The notes beneath the pieces were generated by a model. That model was not told where the DNA came from. It did not search any database and was given only the letters and a program-made list of their open reading frames with translations. Made by a program: the position numbers and the translations under genes. Shown here piece by piece: positions 20,423-30,090 of a DNA stretch of 64,000 nt. Location: IMG/VR virus record IMGVR_UViG_3300020196_000003; one strand, given 5' to 3'. This stretch comes from a virus. The first letter of the stretch is position 1, and each line of letters begins with the position of its first letter.

Positions 20423-20962
20423 ATGAATATCGTCATCCCAACATATAATAAACATTATCAATACAACATTAATTTTTTAGATTCATTTGATTTATACTGT
20501 TTAGATAAAAAAAACGATTATGTAATGTTAATTGTAGGTGAGGTTGATTGCCGAGTTCACCTACCAAAACAAATTCAATTGCAAAGTAGACCAATTGATG
20601 AGGTAATTATAGAATGTGTTGATAGATTTTTTAGAACCTATTTAGACCTAAAAGAAAGGGGATATAATGTAATTGGTTGGGGTGGCCACCCATCAACCAT
20701 ATCAGGACCTAGCGAAAACCCCTCAGAACCTATTATTGGGGATTGTCGTTTTAGAAATACAATAAGTTTAAAATGGGACTCATATATAGAATCTTTGTTT
20801 ATTGAAAACAACATACCGCACGTTTCAATAATTAAAGACCTTATAGGTATTGACGGACTAACTAAAATGAATTACTTTATGGATTATTGTCATTTAAAAC
20901 ATGACTTAGTTAAAGAAATCATACAAACAAAATTTAAAGAAATTGGAATCTATGTCTACTAA
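20423..20962 (+). CDS. Chimeric ORF: GT-like N-terminus joined to an SGNH-like C-terminal half
   Basis: MNIVIPTY (GT2-like start) switches after DKK to GEVDCR...DYCH; no GDS catalytic motif. Confidence 0.45.
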   Translation: MNIVIPTYNKHYQYNINFLDSFDLYCLDKKNDYVMLIVGEVDCRVHLPKQIQLQSRPIDEVIIECVDRFFRTYLDLKERGYNVIGWGGHPSTISGPSENPSEPIIGDCRFRNTISLKWDSYIESLFIENNIPHVSIIKDLIGIDGLTKMNYFMDYCHLKHDLVKEIIQTKFKEIGIYVY

Positions 20963-21650
20963 AAAAATATTTGTTAAACAACATTTAGGATTGGGGGATA
21001 ATATTGTCCATAATGGGATGGTAAGGAAGATTTCTGAGGATTACCCTGAATATGATATTTACGTACCCGCAAAATCACACAATATAGATAATGTTAAATT
21101 TATGTATCGGGACATCAATAAGATTAAAGTTGTTGAGATAAATAACGATAATGATATGGATAGGTACACATTAACGAATAGATTTCATAAAATAATTTCA
21201 TCGTTTCTAATAGGTCAAAAAACATTTGATTATTCTAAGGACTTTGATGACTCATTTTATATGATGGCCGGATATGACCCAAAAATCAAACACGAATATT
21301 TTCATATCGAGAGGGACATTAATGAGGAAAATAGGGTTTACCAAGAATTAATATTAAATAATAATATTAGTAATTATGTTTTTATACACGAAAAAAAAGA
21401 TGAAAACATACTAATAGATAGACGTAAAATTAATATTGATTTGCCAGTAATTTATGCGGATAGAAAATACAAAACTTTTTCATTATTAAAGGTAATTGAA
21501 AACGCAAAAGAATGTCACATAATTAGTAGTTCTTTCCTTTCACTACTAATGTGTTATAAACTTAATAATAACGTTTTTGCCCATATGTATTCCGATAGGG
21601 TTGAACTTAGCGAATATATTAGTAAAAATGGCATAAAAGTAATTAAATAA
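20952..21650 (+). CDS. Putative glycosyltransferase-like protein
   Basis: HLGLGD N-terminal motif, C-terminal SSF; context. Confidence 0.5.
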   Translation: MSTKKIFVKQHLGLGDNIVHNGMVRKISEDYPEYDIYVPAKSHNIDNVKFMYRDINKIKVVEINNDNDMDRYTLTNRFHKIISSFLIGQKTFDYSKDFDDSFYMMAGYDPKIKHEYFHIERDINEENRVYQELILNNNISNYVFIHEKKDENILIDRRKINIDLPVIYADRKYKTFSLLKVIENAKECHIISSSFLSLLMCYKLNNNVFAHMYSDRVELSEYISKNGIKVIK

Positions 21651-21671
21651 ATAAACAATTAAATAAATAAA

Positions 21672-21980
21672 ATGGCTGATACTTTAGGTAATGTTATCGA
21701 CAAATTAGTTACCGTTGATATGAAGATGTGGACTAATCAAGAGTTATTATATGAAATAAGAAGAATGACTTTTGATGAATATAAAGAAAAATATTTTAAC
21801 GATGAAGAGGGAGCTCAAAAACTTTGGGAAACCTTAAAGAAAGCGACCGATCTGAATGTTCAAAGAAACCAACTAATCAATGAAGTTGACGAAAAATTAA
21901 TCGAACTAATTAACGCTAAGTTTTCAGGTGAGGATCTTGATAACGGTAAATTTTTACAACGATCTCACAAGACATACTAA
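21672..21980 (+). CDS. Small helical protein (DUF4254-like)
   Basis: TLGNVIDKL...KMW...LNVQRNQLINEVDE. Confidence 0.55.
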   Translation: MADTLGNVIDKLVTVDMKMWTNQELLYEIRRMTFDEYKEKYFNDEEGAQKLWETLKKATDLNVQRNQLINEVDEKLIELINAKFSGEDLDNGKFLQRSHKTY

Positions 21981-21981
21981 T

Positions 21982-22226
21982 ATGAAACAATCCCATTTAG
22001 TCTTGCCGAGTATCAAGGATTACAAATTTTTAACGATCACATATCATATGGAAATATAGATTTTATGAAAAAATATTCTGATTTATGGAACTATATGCAC
22101 AGAATATATATAGAACATAATTTTGACATATCACATGCTGAAAAAGTTTTGAAATTTTATTTAGAAAATTATGTCACAACAGAAATAAACACAACAAGCA
22201 ATATAAATTATAATATATTAAAATAA
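21982..22226 (+). pseudogene. Gene remnant: ATG AAA start joined out of frame to a C-terminal fragment
   Basis: Open frame ETIPFSLAEYQGLQIFNDHISYGNIDFMKKYSDLW...HAEKVLKFYL...ILK* lacks its 5' part; the ATG at 21982 is in another frame. Confidence 0.5.
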
Positions 22227-22230
22227 CATT

Positions 22231-23121
22231 ATGGAAAAGGATTTTTTATTTTTTAACTACTCTTGGGTGTGGGGATCAACAACTTACTTTAAATATTTTG
22301 AAAAGATGGGTCATTCTATTGATATTGTTGATGAGAATACCATTCATTATTTTAACCCAACCGTTAGTTATAAAAATGTGGTTGTTTATTTGCACGAACC
22401 GAATCAATTGCGTAGAATAAATTCTTTATTAGATAATCAACTGAGAAATAGTTTCCTTATCCAACACGACGATACCGATGAAGAACAATTACAAAGATGG
22501 ACAATCAGAGAACCTGATATATTCATGCAAAGAGAATTGACAGATAATACACATATAACAACAAAATCACCTGTTATACCATTTCATTTCCCAATGAATA
22601 GTATATATGATGAAAATATAACAGATAAACCATATGATATATCTTTTATTGGTAACATGACAAATCCAAGAAGAAGACCTTTTGTTGATTACATTATTAA
22701 TTTATCACAAACGACTTTAAGTCATCTTAATTGGTATATAGATGTTAATGGAGCAAATTACAAACCAGGATTTGCAACTGAAAACTTTAGAAATATTACA
22801 AACCAATCTAAAATTGGTCTCCATTATTTTGGTAATTCCTACGACTCAATTAGGATTTGGGAAATCCTATCTTGTAAAACCGCATTATTAATGCCAAAAA
22901 TGAGAAGTCATTCCGTTGACTCAAACCACATGGAGTTGAGTAACTATGAAATATTTAATGATGATTACTCCAACCTTGAGGAAAAAATAAATTATTTGTT
23001 AGAAGACAATAGATATCTTGATTTAGGGTTAAGAGGTCATGAGGAATTTAAATCAAACCATAATATTGATAAATGTTGTGAATACTATTATAATTCAGTA
23101 ATGAAAGTTGCCAGAAAATAA
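22231..23121 (+). CDS. GT-B glycosyltransferase (Glyco_trans_1_2/CgeB-like)
   Basis: YDISFIG...RR...SKIGL...RIWEILSC. Confidence 0.7.
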   Translation: MEKDFLFFNYSWVWGSTTYFKYFEKMGHSIDIVDENTIHYFNPTVSYKNVVVYLHEPNQLRRINSLLDNQLRNSFLIQHDDTDEEQLQRWTIREPDIFMQRELTDNTHITTKSPVIPFHFPMNSIYDENITDKPYDISFIGNMTNPRRRPFVDYIINLSQTTLSHLNWYIDVNGANYKPGFATENFRNITNQSKIGLHYFGNSYDSIRIWEILSCKTALLMPKMRSHSVDSNHMELSNYEIFNDDYSNLEEKINYLLEDNRYLDLGLRGHEEFKSNHNIDKCCEYYYNSVMKVARK

Positions 23122-23133
23122 CTTACTGAATTT

Positions 23134-24228
23134 ATGATAAAAATCTATGAACCTTATCTAAATAAAAAAACATTATCTTACGCTCACGAAGCGTTAGATT
23201 CTACTTGGATCTCATCTCAAGGTTATTATTTAGATGCTGCAAAAGAAAAATTGAAATCAATTTTAAATGTTAAATGGATTGTATTAACAAATAATGGTAC
23301 CACGGCAACTCATTTATTGTCAAAATCATTAATCCATAAAAACCCTAACATCAATAACATTATTTGCCCTAATAATGTTTATGTCGCCGCTTGGAATTCA
23401 TTTTTATATGATAATCATTTTAATTTAAAACCGATTGATACCGACATAAAAACTTGGAATTTTAACGAAGATTTAATCAATCCTAAAAAAAACGACGCCA
23501 TTTTAGTTGTTCACAATTTAGGTAACATAGTTAATGTACCTAAACTACAGAATAAATTTAAAAACACTTTAATTGTTGAAGATAATTGTGAGGGATTTTT
23601 GGGAAAATACGATGACCATTATTCGGGAACTAAATCACTTTGTTCTTCAGTTTCTTTTTTTGGTAATAAGACAATAACAAGTGGTGAAGGAGGTTGTTTT
23701 ATAACAAACGACGATGAAACATTCGAGTATATAAATAACATCAGAAATCAGGGTCAATCAAGTGAAAAATTTATACATAACAATTTAGGTTATAACTATA
23801 GAATGACCAATATACAAGCAGCAATTCTATATGGTCAGTTAGAGATTATGAATGAAATTATTGATAAGAAAAATGAGATCTTTAATTTGTATCGTGAAAA
23901 TCTAAAAACGTTGGACAATGTTGAATTTCAAGAAATTGAGTCAGGTACTATTCACTCAAACTGGATGTTTTCACTAAGATTTAATAATATTGATATAGAC
24001 ATTAAAAGGTCTTTGGAATTGCATCTATATAAAATGGGTGTTGAGACTAGGCCTATGTTTTACTCAATTAATTCACACAAACATTTAAAAAATATAAAAT
24101 CAGATAACACCATATCTGACACACTAAATTCACAGGTATTATTATTACCAAGTTCCCCTAATTTGAATAAAGGTCAAGTATTATATATTTGCAGACTAAT
24201 AAAAGATTTCTTTAAATTAAAAAAATGA
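23134..24228 (+). CDS. DegT/DnrJ PLP aminotransferase, GDP-perosamine synthase-like
   Basis: WISSQG, NGTTATHL, EDNCE, SFFGNKTITSGEGG, GYNYRMTNIQAA; near gmd. Confidence 0.85.
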   Translation: MIKIYEPYLNKKTLSYAHEALDSTWISSQGYYLDAAKEKLKSILNVKWIVLTNNGTTATHLLSKSLIHKNPNINNIICPNNVYVAAWNSFLYDNHFNLKPIDTDIKTWNFNEDLINPKKNDAILVVHNLGNIVNVPKLQNKFKNTLIVEDNCEGFLGKYDDHYSGTKSLCSSVSFFGNKTITSGEGGCFITNDDETFEYINNIRNQGQSSEKFIHNNLGYNYRMTNIQAAILYGQLEIMNEIIDKKNEIFNLYRENLKTLDNVEFQEIESGTIHSNWMFSLRFNNIDIDIKRSLELHLYKMGVETRPMFYSINSHKHLKNIKSDNTISDTLNSQVLLLPSSPNLNKGQVLYICRLIKDFFKLKK

Positions 24229-24659
24229 TAAAAATTTCACACAGAGGTAATATTAATGGTAAATTTGAGTCTTATGAAAACGAACCGAACTACATTGATT
24301 TAGCAATATCAAAAGGATATGATGTTGAAGTTGACGTTTGGTTTATAGATAATATTCTTTGGTTGGGTCACGATAACCCTCAATACGGGGTTGATTTCAA
24401 TTGGTTTAAGGATAGATTATCTAAATTGTGGATACATTGTAAAGACATCGACTCAGTACTATTCTTTAAAGAATGTGGGTATGATTTTAATTATTTTTGG
24501 CACCAAGAAGACCACATAACACTTACCTCTTTAAATTTTATTTGGGCATATCCCGGAAAACAACCAATTAAGGGTAGTATTTCAGTATTACCTGAGATTA
24601 ATAACGAAGATATTAATTTATGTTTAGGTGTGTGTAGTGACTTTATTGAAAATTATTAA
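24225..24659 (+). CDS. Small PLC/GDPD-like phosphodiesterase-fold protein
   Basis: ISHRGN...EN...DVEVDVW...LGHD...WIHCK. Confidence 0.6.
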   Translation: MIKISHRGNINGKFESYENEPNYIDLAISKGYDVEVDVWFIDNILWLGHDNPQYGVDFNWFKDRLSKLWIHCKDIDSVLFFKECGYDFNYFWHQEDHITLTSLNFIWAYPGKQPIKGSISVLPEINNEDINLCLGVCSDFIENY

Positions 24660-24666
24660 TTTCACC

Positions 24667-26052
24667 ATGTTAAAACAAAAAAAAATTACATCAGAAAAGG
24701 ATATTGAGTTACTAAGGAATCACATAGATAATAGCCCAAAAGGAACAAAAACATTTAGGTACTTTCAAAAAAGAGATTTTTCAGTATTACAAAAACATAA
24801 AATCACTTTTTTATATTTTAATAATGGTAAATGTGTAGGTTATGGGCATTTAGATGAAGAAGATGGTAATGTATGGTTAGGGGTGATAGTTTTTGACGGA
24901 AATAATGGTATGGGGTATGGTAAATATATTGTCGAATCGTTGATTAATTCTTATAATGGTGATATACTTTTATCTGTAGATAAGGACAATATTATGGCAC
25001 TAAAAATCTACAAAAATTTAAATTTTAAAATAATTAAGGAAAACGAAAAATCATATATAATGAAAAAATCTAAAAAAAATAAAGCATTAATTACAGGTAT
25101 AAATGGCCAAGACGGTTCTTACTTGGCAGAACTTTTAGTAGAAAAAGGTTATGAAGTTTGGGGTACAGTTAAAAGAAATTCAGTATCAGAAACACAATCA
25201 ACAAGAATTGATCATTTAAGAGACGACAATAAAATTACTTTAGAGTATGCTGACTTAACGGATATGGCCTCATTAATTAGGGTTTTGAAGATGGTTCAAC
25301 CAGATGAGGTTTATAACTTAGCCGCTCAATCTCATGTTAGAATATCATTTGATCAACCGATATACACCGCGAACGCAACGGGATTAGGTACATTAAATAT
25401 GTTAGAAGCGGTTAGAATGGTTTCACCACACTCTAAAATTTATCAAGCTTCTTCTTCAGAAATGTTTGGAAATAACATAGATAGTGACGGGTACCAAAGG
25501 GAAACTACACCCATGAATCCGGTTTCGCCGTATGGGTGTGCTAAAGTTTTTTCATATAATATATGTAGAAATTATAGAAACTCTTATGGTATGAAAATAT
25601 GGAATGGAATTTTGTTCAATCATGAATCACCAAGACGAGGAACTAACTTTGTAACAAATAAAGTAGTTAAAGCCGCAGTAAGAATTAGTTTAGGTTTACA
25701 AGACAAATTACATATTGGTAATTTATCAGCAACAAGAGATTGGGGTCACGCAAAAGATTATGTTTATGCAATGTGGTTAATGTTACAAACCGAAAAACCT
25801 GATGATTATGTTTGTGCGACAGGTATTTCACATTCAGTAAAAGACTTATGTGAATACGTATTTAGTTCATTAGGTTTAAATTATTTAGAATATATTGTTG
25901 TTGACGAAAAACATTTTAGACCCGAAGAGTTAGAAAACCTTAAAGGTGATTCATCAAAATTAAGAAAATATTTAATGTGGCAACCTGAATACACATTTGA
26001 AACAATGTTAGCTGAAATGATTAAATATTGGTTAAAATATTATGGAAAATAA
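24667..26052 (+). CDS. gmd: GNAT acetyltransferase fused to GDP-mannose 4,6-dehydratase
   Basis: N-term GNAT (NGMGYG, LSVDKDN..ALKIYKNLNF), then ALITGINGQDGSYLAE, YNLAAQSHV, YQASSSE, SPYGCAK, RDWGHAKDY. Confidence 0.9.
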   Translation: MLKQKKITSEKDIELLRNHIDNSPKGTKTFRYFQKRDFSVLQKHKITFLYFNNGKCVGYGHLDEEDGNVWLGVIVFDGNNGMGYGKYIVESLINSYNGDILLSVDKDNIMALKIYKNLNFKIIKENEKSYIMKKSKKNKALITGINGQDGSYLAELLVEKGYEVWGTVKRNSVSETQSTRIDHLRDDNKITLEYADLTDMASLIRVLKMVQPDEVYNLAAQSHVRISFDQPIYTANATGLGTLNMLEAVRMVSPHSKIYQASSSEMFGNNIDSDGYQRETTPMNPVSPYGCAKVFSYNICRNYRNSYGMKIWNGILFNHESPRRGTNFVTNKVVKAAVRISLGLQDKLHIGNLSATRDWGHAKDYVYAMWLMLQTEKPDDYVCATGISHSVKDLCEYVFSSLGLNYLEYIVVDEKHFRPEELENLKGDSSKLRKYLMWQPEYTFETMLAEMIKYWLKYYGK

Positions 26053-26959
26053 AATTTTAGTAACAGGCGGTCATGGTTTGGTTGGGTCTGAATTTATTGG
26101 TGACCAATATTTCAAACCAACTTCTAAAGAATATGATTTAAGAAATCCACAAGAAGTTAATAGATTAATGTTAAAGAATTTTGATAGTGTAATACATACT
26201 GCGGGAAAAGTAGGTGGGTTAGGTGGTAATATGAATCATAAAGGAGAATTTTTTTATGACAACATAATGATAAACACTAACGTAATAGAGTCTTCAAGAC
26301 TTACAAAAGTAAAAAATTTAGTGGCATTTTTGTCAACATGTGTATTCCCCGATAATGTAGAATATCCCTTAACTGAGAAAAAAGTTCATTTGGGTCCACC
26401 CCACTTTTCTAATGACGCATATGCATATGCTAAAAGAATGACCGATATTCAAATAACAGCATATAAAGAACAGTATGGATTAAATTATAAATCAGTTATA
26501 CCATCAAATATCTATGGTCCTAATGATAATTACGATATTATTAATGGTCATGTTATACCGTCACTAATTCACAAATGTTATCTTGCAAGAGAAAATAAAA
26601 CCCCTCTTAAAATATGGGGATCAGGAAATCCGCTAAGAGAATTTATTTTTAGTAAAGATGTTGCAAAATTAACTGAATGGGCGCTGTTTAATTACAATGA
26701 AAATGAACCAATAATACTTTCAACATCAGAAGAAATATCAATTAAAGAGATTGTTAATATTATTATTGAGCTGATGAATTTTAAAGGTGAAGTAATGTTT
26801 GATTCATCTAAACCTGATGGTCAACATAGAAAACCTTCTGACAATTCTAAAATAAAAAATTATTTACCTGAATTTAAGTTCACTCCTATATATGAAGGGT
26901 TAAAAGAAACTATTGAATTTTTCGAAAACAATTATAGTTTTGTAAGAAAAAATGGATAA
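26042..26959 (+). CDS. fcl: GDP-L-fucose synthase
   Basis: VTGGHGLVG, GKVGG, YAYAKR, NIYGPNDN, WGSGNPLREF, KPDG. Confidence 0.9.
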   Translation: MENKILVTGGHGLVGSEFIGDQYFKPTSKEYDLRNPQEVNRLMLKNFDSVIHTAGKVGGLGGNMNHKGEFFYDNIMINTNVIESSRLTKVKNLVAFLSTCVFPDNVEYPLTEKKVHLGPPHFSNDAYAYAKRMTDIQITAYKEQYGLNYKSVIPSNIYGPNDNYDIINGHVIPSLIHKCYLARENKTPLKIWGSGNPLREFIFSKDVAKLTEWALFNYNENEPIILSTSEEISIKEIVNIIIELMNFKGEVMFDSSKPDGQHRKPSDNSKIKNYLPEFKFTPIYEGLKETIEFFENNYSFVRKNG

Positions 26960-27398
26960 ACAAAACAGAACTATAGGTATTACTTGTTCAACATTTGATC
27001 TTTTACACGCAGGCCATATAATAATGTTAGAAGAGTGTAAAAAATATTGTGACTATCTAATATGCGCACTACAAATAGATCCAACAATTGATAGACCAGA
27101 AAAAAACAAACCAATACAGACTTTGGTTGAAAGATATATTCAATTAGATGCAGTAAAACACGTAGATAAAATTATACCATATAATTCGGAGGAAGAGCTC
27201 GAATCAATATTTTTATCTTTAGATTTAGATGTTAGGATAATAGGTGAAGAATATAAAGAAAAGGACTTTACGGCAAAAAACATTTGTCAAAAAAGAGGCA
27301 TAAAGTTCGCCTATAACAAGAGAGATCATAATTTTTCATCTACTAACTTAAGAAATTTAATTTATGACCAAGAAACATCCAAAAGATTTGTAAGATAA
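26952..27398 (+). CDS. Glycerol-3-phosphate cytidylyltransferase-like (TagD family)
   Basis: TFDLLHAGH (HxGH) ... RDHNFSST. Confidence 0.85.
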   Translation: MDKQNRTIGITCSTFDLLHAGHIIMLEECKKYCDYLICALQIDPTIDRPEKNKPIQTLVERYIQLDAVKHVDKIIPYNSEEELESIFLSLDLDVRIIGEEYKEKDFTAKNICQKRGIKFAYNKRDHNFSSTNLRNLIYDQETSKRFVR

Positions 27399-27402
27399 AA
27401 TT

Positions 27403-28134
27403 ATGCAAAAAAGAAAAATAAACACGACAACCGAGGATACTAAAACTCCACAATCAAAAAAAGAGTTCATAAACACGGTAGTAAAGAAAAAACAAAGAAG
27501 TAAGTTTCTTACTGAAAATCAAAAAGAATATTACGATAGATTAATCACGAATCAAATCACAATATGTTCGGGACCAGCTGGTGTTGGTAAAAGTTATATT
27601 GCAATGAAGGCCGCAGTTGATCTTTTATTAGACGATGGAAACGCATATGAAAAAATTATAATTGTAAGGCCTGCGGTTGAGGCAGAGGAAAAACTTGGTT
27701 CACTGCCTGGAAACTTAGAAGAAAAATTAGATCCTTACATCTTCCCATCTTATTATTTATTGAATAAAATTATTGGTAAAGATGAGAGAGAAAAATTGAA
27801 GGAACATGAAATAATAGAAGTATTTGCTTTAGCATATATGAGAGGTATGAATATAGATAATTCGATTTTAATTTTCGAAGAAGCCCAAAACTCAACCCCC
27901 AATCAGATGAAACTCCTTCTTACTAGAATTGGATTCAATAGTAAGTTTTTTATATCTGGAGACATTGAACAAACTGATAGATATAAAGACAAAAAACAAT
28001 CAGGTTTATACGATGCTTTAACAAGATTCAAAGGGGTAAACGGAATAGGTATTTTTGAATTTGGAGAAAAAGATGGAGTAAGAAACCCAATTATTACAAA
28101 AATATTACAAAAATATGATGAGGATAGGCATTGA
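27403..28134 (+). CDS. phoH: PhoH-family ATPase
   Basis: GPAGVGKS, RPAVE, AYMRG, EEAQN, LLTRIG, GDIEQTD, VRNP. Confidence 0.92.
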   Translation: MQKRKINTTTEDTKTPQSKKEFINTVVKKKQRSKFLTENQKEYYDRLITNQITICSGPAGVGKSYIAMKAAVDLLLDDGNAYEKIIIVRPAVEAEEKLGSLPGNLEEKLDPYIFPSYYLLNKIIGKDEREKLKEHEIIEVFALAYMRGMNIDNSILIFEEAQNSTPNQMKLLLTRIGFNSKFFISGDIEQTDRYKDKKQSGLYDALTRFKGVNGIGIFEFGEKDGVRNPIITKILQKYDEDRH

Positions 28135-28777
28135 TATCAATGGTGTTTTAAGAGATACAATTGGAAAATTTTCTCAACTTTATGAGAAACATTTAATTGA
28201 ATCTGATGATAAAGATGTTGTTCACAACACTTATGAATTAGATATGTCTGGAAATACACAGATTATTAACAATCTTACGGAAAAGTTTGACTATAAAATT
28301 ATTTCGGAAGTTGATTCTCTAAATTTAGAAAACCATTTTGCGTTCAAAAACAAAGACGAGTTGTTTAATTTTATGTATGAAGAATACTCTATGGAATTAT
28401 TTGGTCATGCACCATCCACCGAAATGACGACTTTCAATATTTTAAACGATTTATATTTCAATTTGAGAAACGAGAACGAATTAGTAGTTGTCTCGAGCGA
28501 AATCGGAAAATCTAAACCATCTTCTCTTTTTTTTCTTTCTAAATTTGGATGTTTGTTAGAAAAAATATTTTTTTTCAGTGAGATCACAAAAAATAACATG
28601 TGGAATCAAATAGATGTTTTACTTACCGCAGATCCTAATCTATTATTAGAAAAACCAAAAGGAAAAATTGTAATACAATTCAATACTTCCTACAATAAAC
28701 ATGTTCAATCAGATTTACAAATAGACAGATTATGTGAATTTGAAGAAATTTTAAAAAAAATAAAGAAAAATGTTTAA
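28115..28777 (+). CDS. HAD-like 5'(3')-nucleotidase-related protein (degenerate motif)
   Basis: IGIDINGVLRD ... YN; the second Asp of DxD is replaced by Asn. Confidence 0.5.
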   Translation: MMRIGIDINGVLRDTIGKFSQLYEKHLIESDDKDVVHNTYELDMSGNTQIINNLTEKFDYKIISEVDSLNLENHFAFKNKDELFNFMYEEYSMELFGHAPSTEMTTFNILNDLYFNLRNENELVVVSSEIGKSKPSSLFFLSKFGCLLEKIFFFSEITKNNMWNQIDVLLTADPNLLLEKPKGKIVIQFNTSYNKHVQSDLQIDRLCEFEEILKKIKKNV

Positions 28778-29024
28778 AATTTTAGGAGAAAATTACTATG
28801 TCGATTTAGATAAAATCGAAAAAGAAGTTGAAATTATGAATTTGACAGGTGAATCCCAAATTCATTTAGTCAAATATGAAATGATTAAAAATATGTTGGA
28901 GACTGTTTTAACCGAAAATGAAACTGTGGATGAGAATATGGGATTTAAAACAAATGAAGTTACCATTCCATTTAAAATTTCATTTAACACTCTCTTAATA
29001 AAAAAAATAATAAATAAATTATAA
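28770..29024 (+). CDS. Hypothetical phage protein
   Basis: 84-aa ORF in the operon. Confidence 0.7.
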   Translation: MFKILGENYYVDLDKIEKEVEIMNLTGESQIHLVKYEMIKNMLETVLTENETVDENMGFKTNEVTIPFKISFNTLLIKKIINKL

Positions 29025-29029
29025 TTAAT

Positions 29030-30088
29030 ATGAATGAAGAACAAATTAAAAAATTAGAAAAATCTATCGACAACATGAAAGAAAAGTTGTCACGGATTTA
29101 TTTTATTGTGCAAGACACAAAAGGTAACGCTAAAGCATCGATAAGATACATTTATCAAATGGCTTTGACTTTAAAAAGAAACGGTTACAATTCCATTATC
29201 CTTCATGAAAAACCAGATTATTTTGGTGTTTCTTCTTGGTTAGGTGAAGAATATATGTTAGAATTAGAACATAGAGCAATCGAAGGAACAAGTTTAGAAA
29301 TTTCCCCTGATGATTTAATTATCATTCCTGAAATATATGGATTCATAATGGATCAAATCACAAAACTTCCTTGTGGTAAAGTTGTTTTATGTCAGGCTTT
29401 TGATCACATATTTGAAACTTTACAACCAGGTCAAACTTGGAGTCAATTAGGGTTTTACAAATGTATTACAACTTCAGAAAAACAAAAAGAATTAATCGAG
29501 GGTGTTATGAGACAAATTTCAGTTGATGTAATTTCCCCTTATATTTCCGATAATTTTCAAAAAAATACATTCCCACCAAAAACTGTCGTAAATATTCACA
29601 CTCGTGATCATAGAGATACAACAAATCTTATCAAAACTTTTTATGCTAAATTTCCACAATATAGATGGATCACATTTAGAGATTTGAGAGGACTGTCTGA
29701 AGAAGAATTCTCCTTAGCAATGAAAGACAGTTTTATTTCTGTTTGGATAGATCAAACAAGTTCTTTTGGGACATTTCCATTAGAATCTATGAAAATGGGA
29801 ATTCCTGTATTAGGTTTGGTTCCTGATCATGTACCAACATGGATGAATGAAGACAATGGGCTTTGGATGAATAATAAAACAATTATAGTTGATGTTCTTT
29901 CCGACTTTATTCAAAATTGGTTAGAAGACAATTTAAATCCAGAGTTGTTTTCTAACATGGAATCGACAATTAATTCAATTTCAAACTCACAAAAATTTGA
30001 AACGGATACTTTAGAACTTTTTAGTAAAATGTTCGAAAGCAGAATAACTTCATTTGAAGATCAACTTGAAAAATTACAAACAATTTAA
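29030..30088 (+). CDS. GT-B glycosyltransferase-like protein
   Basis: IIIPE...SFGTFPLESMKMGIPVLG (GT4-like C-terminal motif). Confidence 0.7.
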   Translation: MNEEQIKKLEKSIDNMKEKLSRIYFIVQDTKGNAKASIRYIYQMALTLKRNGYNSIILHEKPDYFGVSSWLGEEYMLELEHRAIEGTSLEISPDDLIIIPEIYGFIMDQITKLPCGKVVLCQAFDHIFETLQPGQTWSQLGFYKCITTSEKQKELIEGVMRQISVDVISPYISDNFQKNTFPPKTVVNIHTRDHRDTTNLIKTFYAKFPQYRWITFRDLRGLSEEEFSLAMKDSFISVWIDQTSSFGTFPLESMKMGIPVLGLVPDHVPTWMNEDNGLWMNNKTIIVDVLSDFIQNWLEDNLNPELFSNMESTINSISNSQKFETDTLELFSKMFESRITSFEDQLEKLQTI

Positions 30089-30090
30089 TT

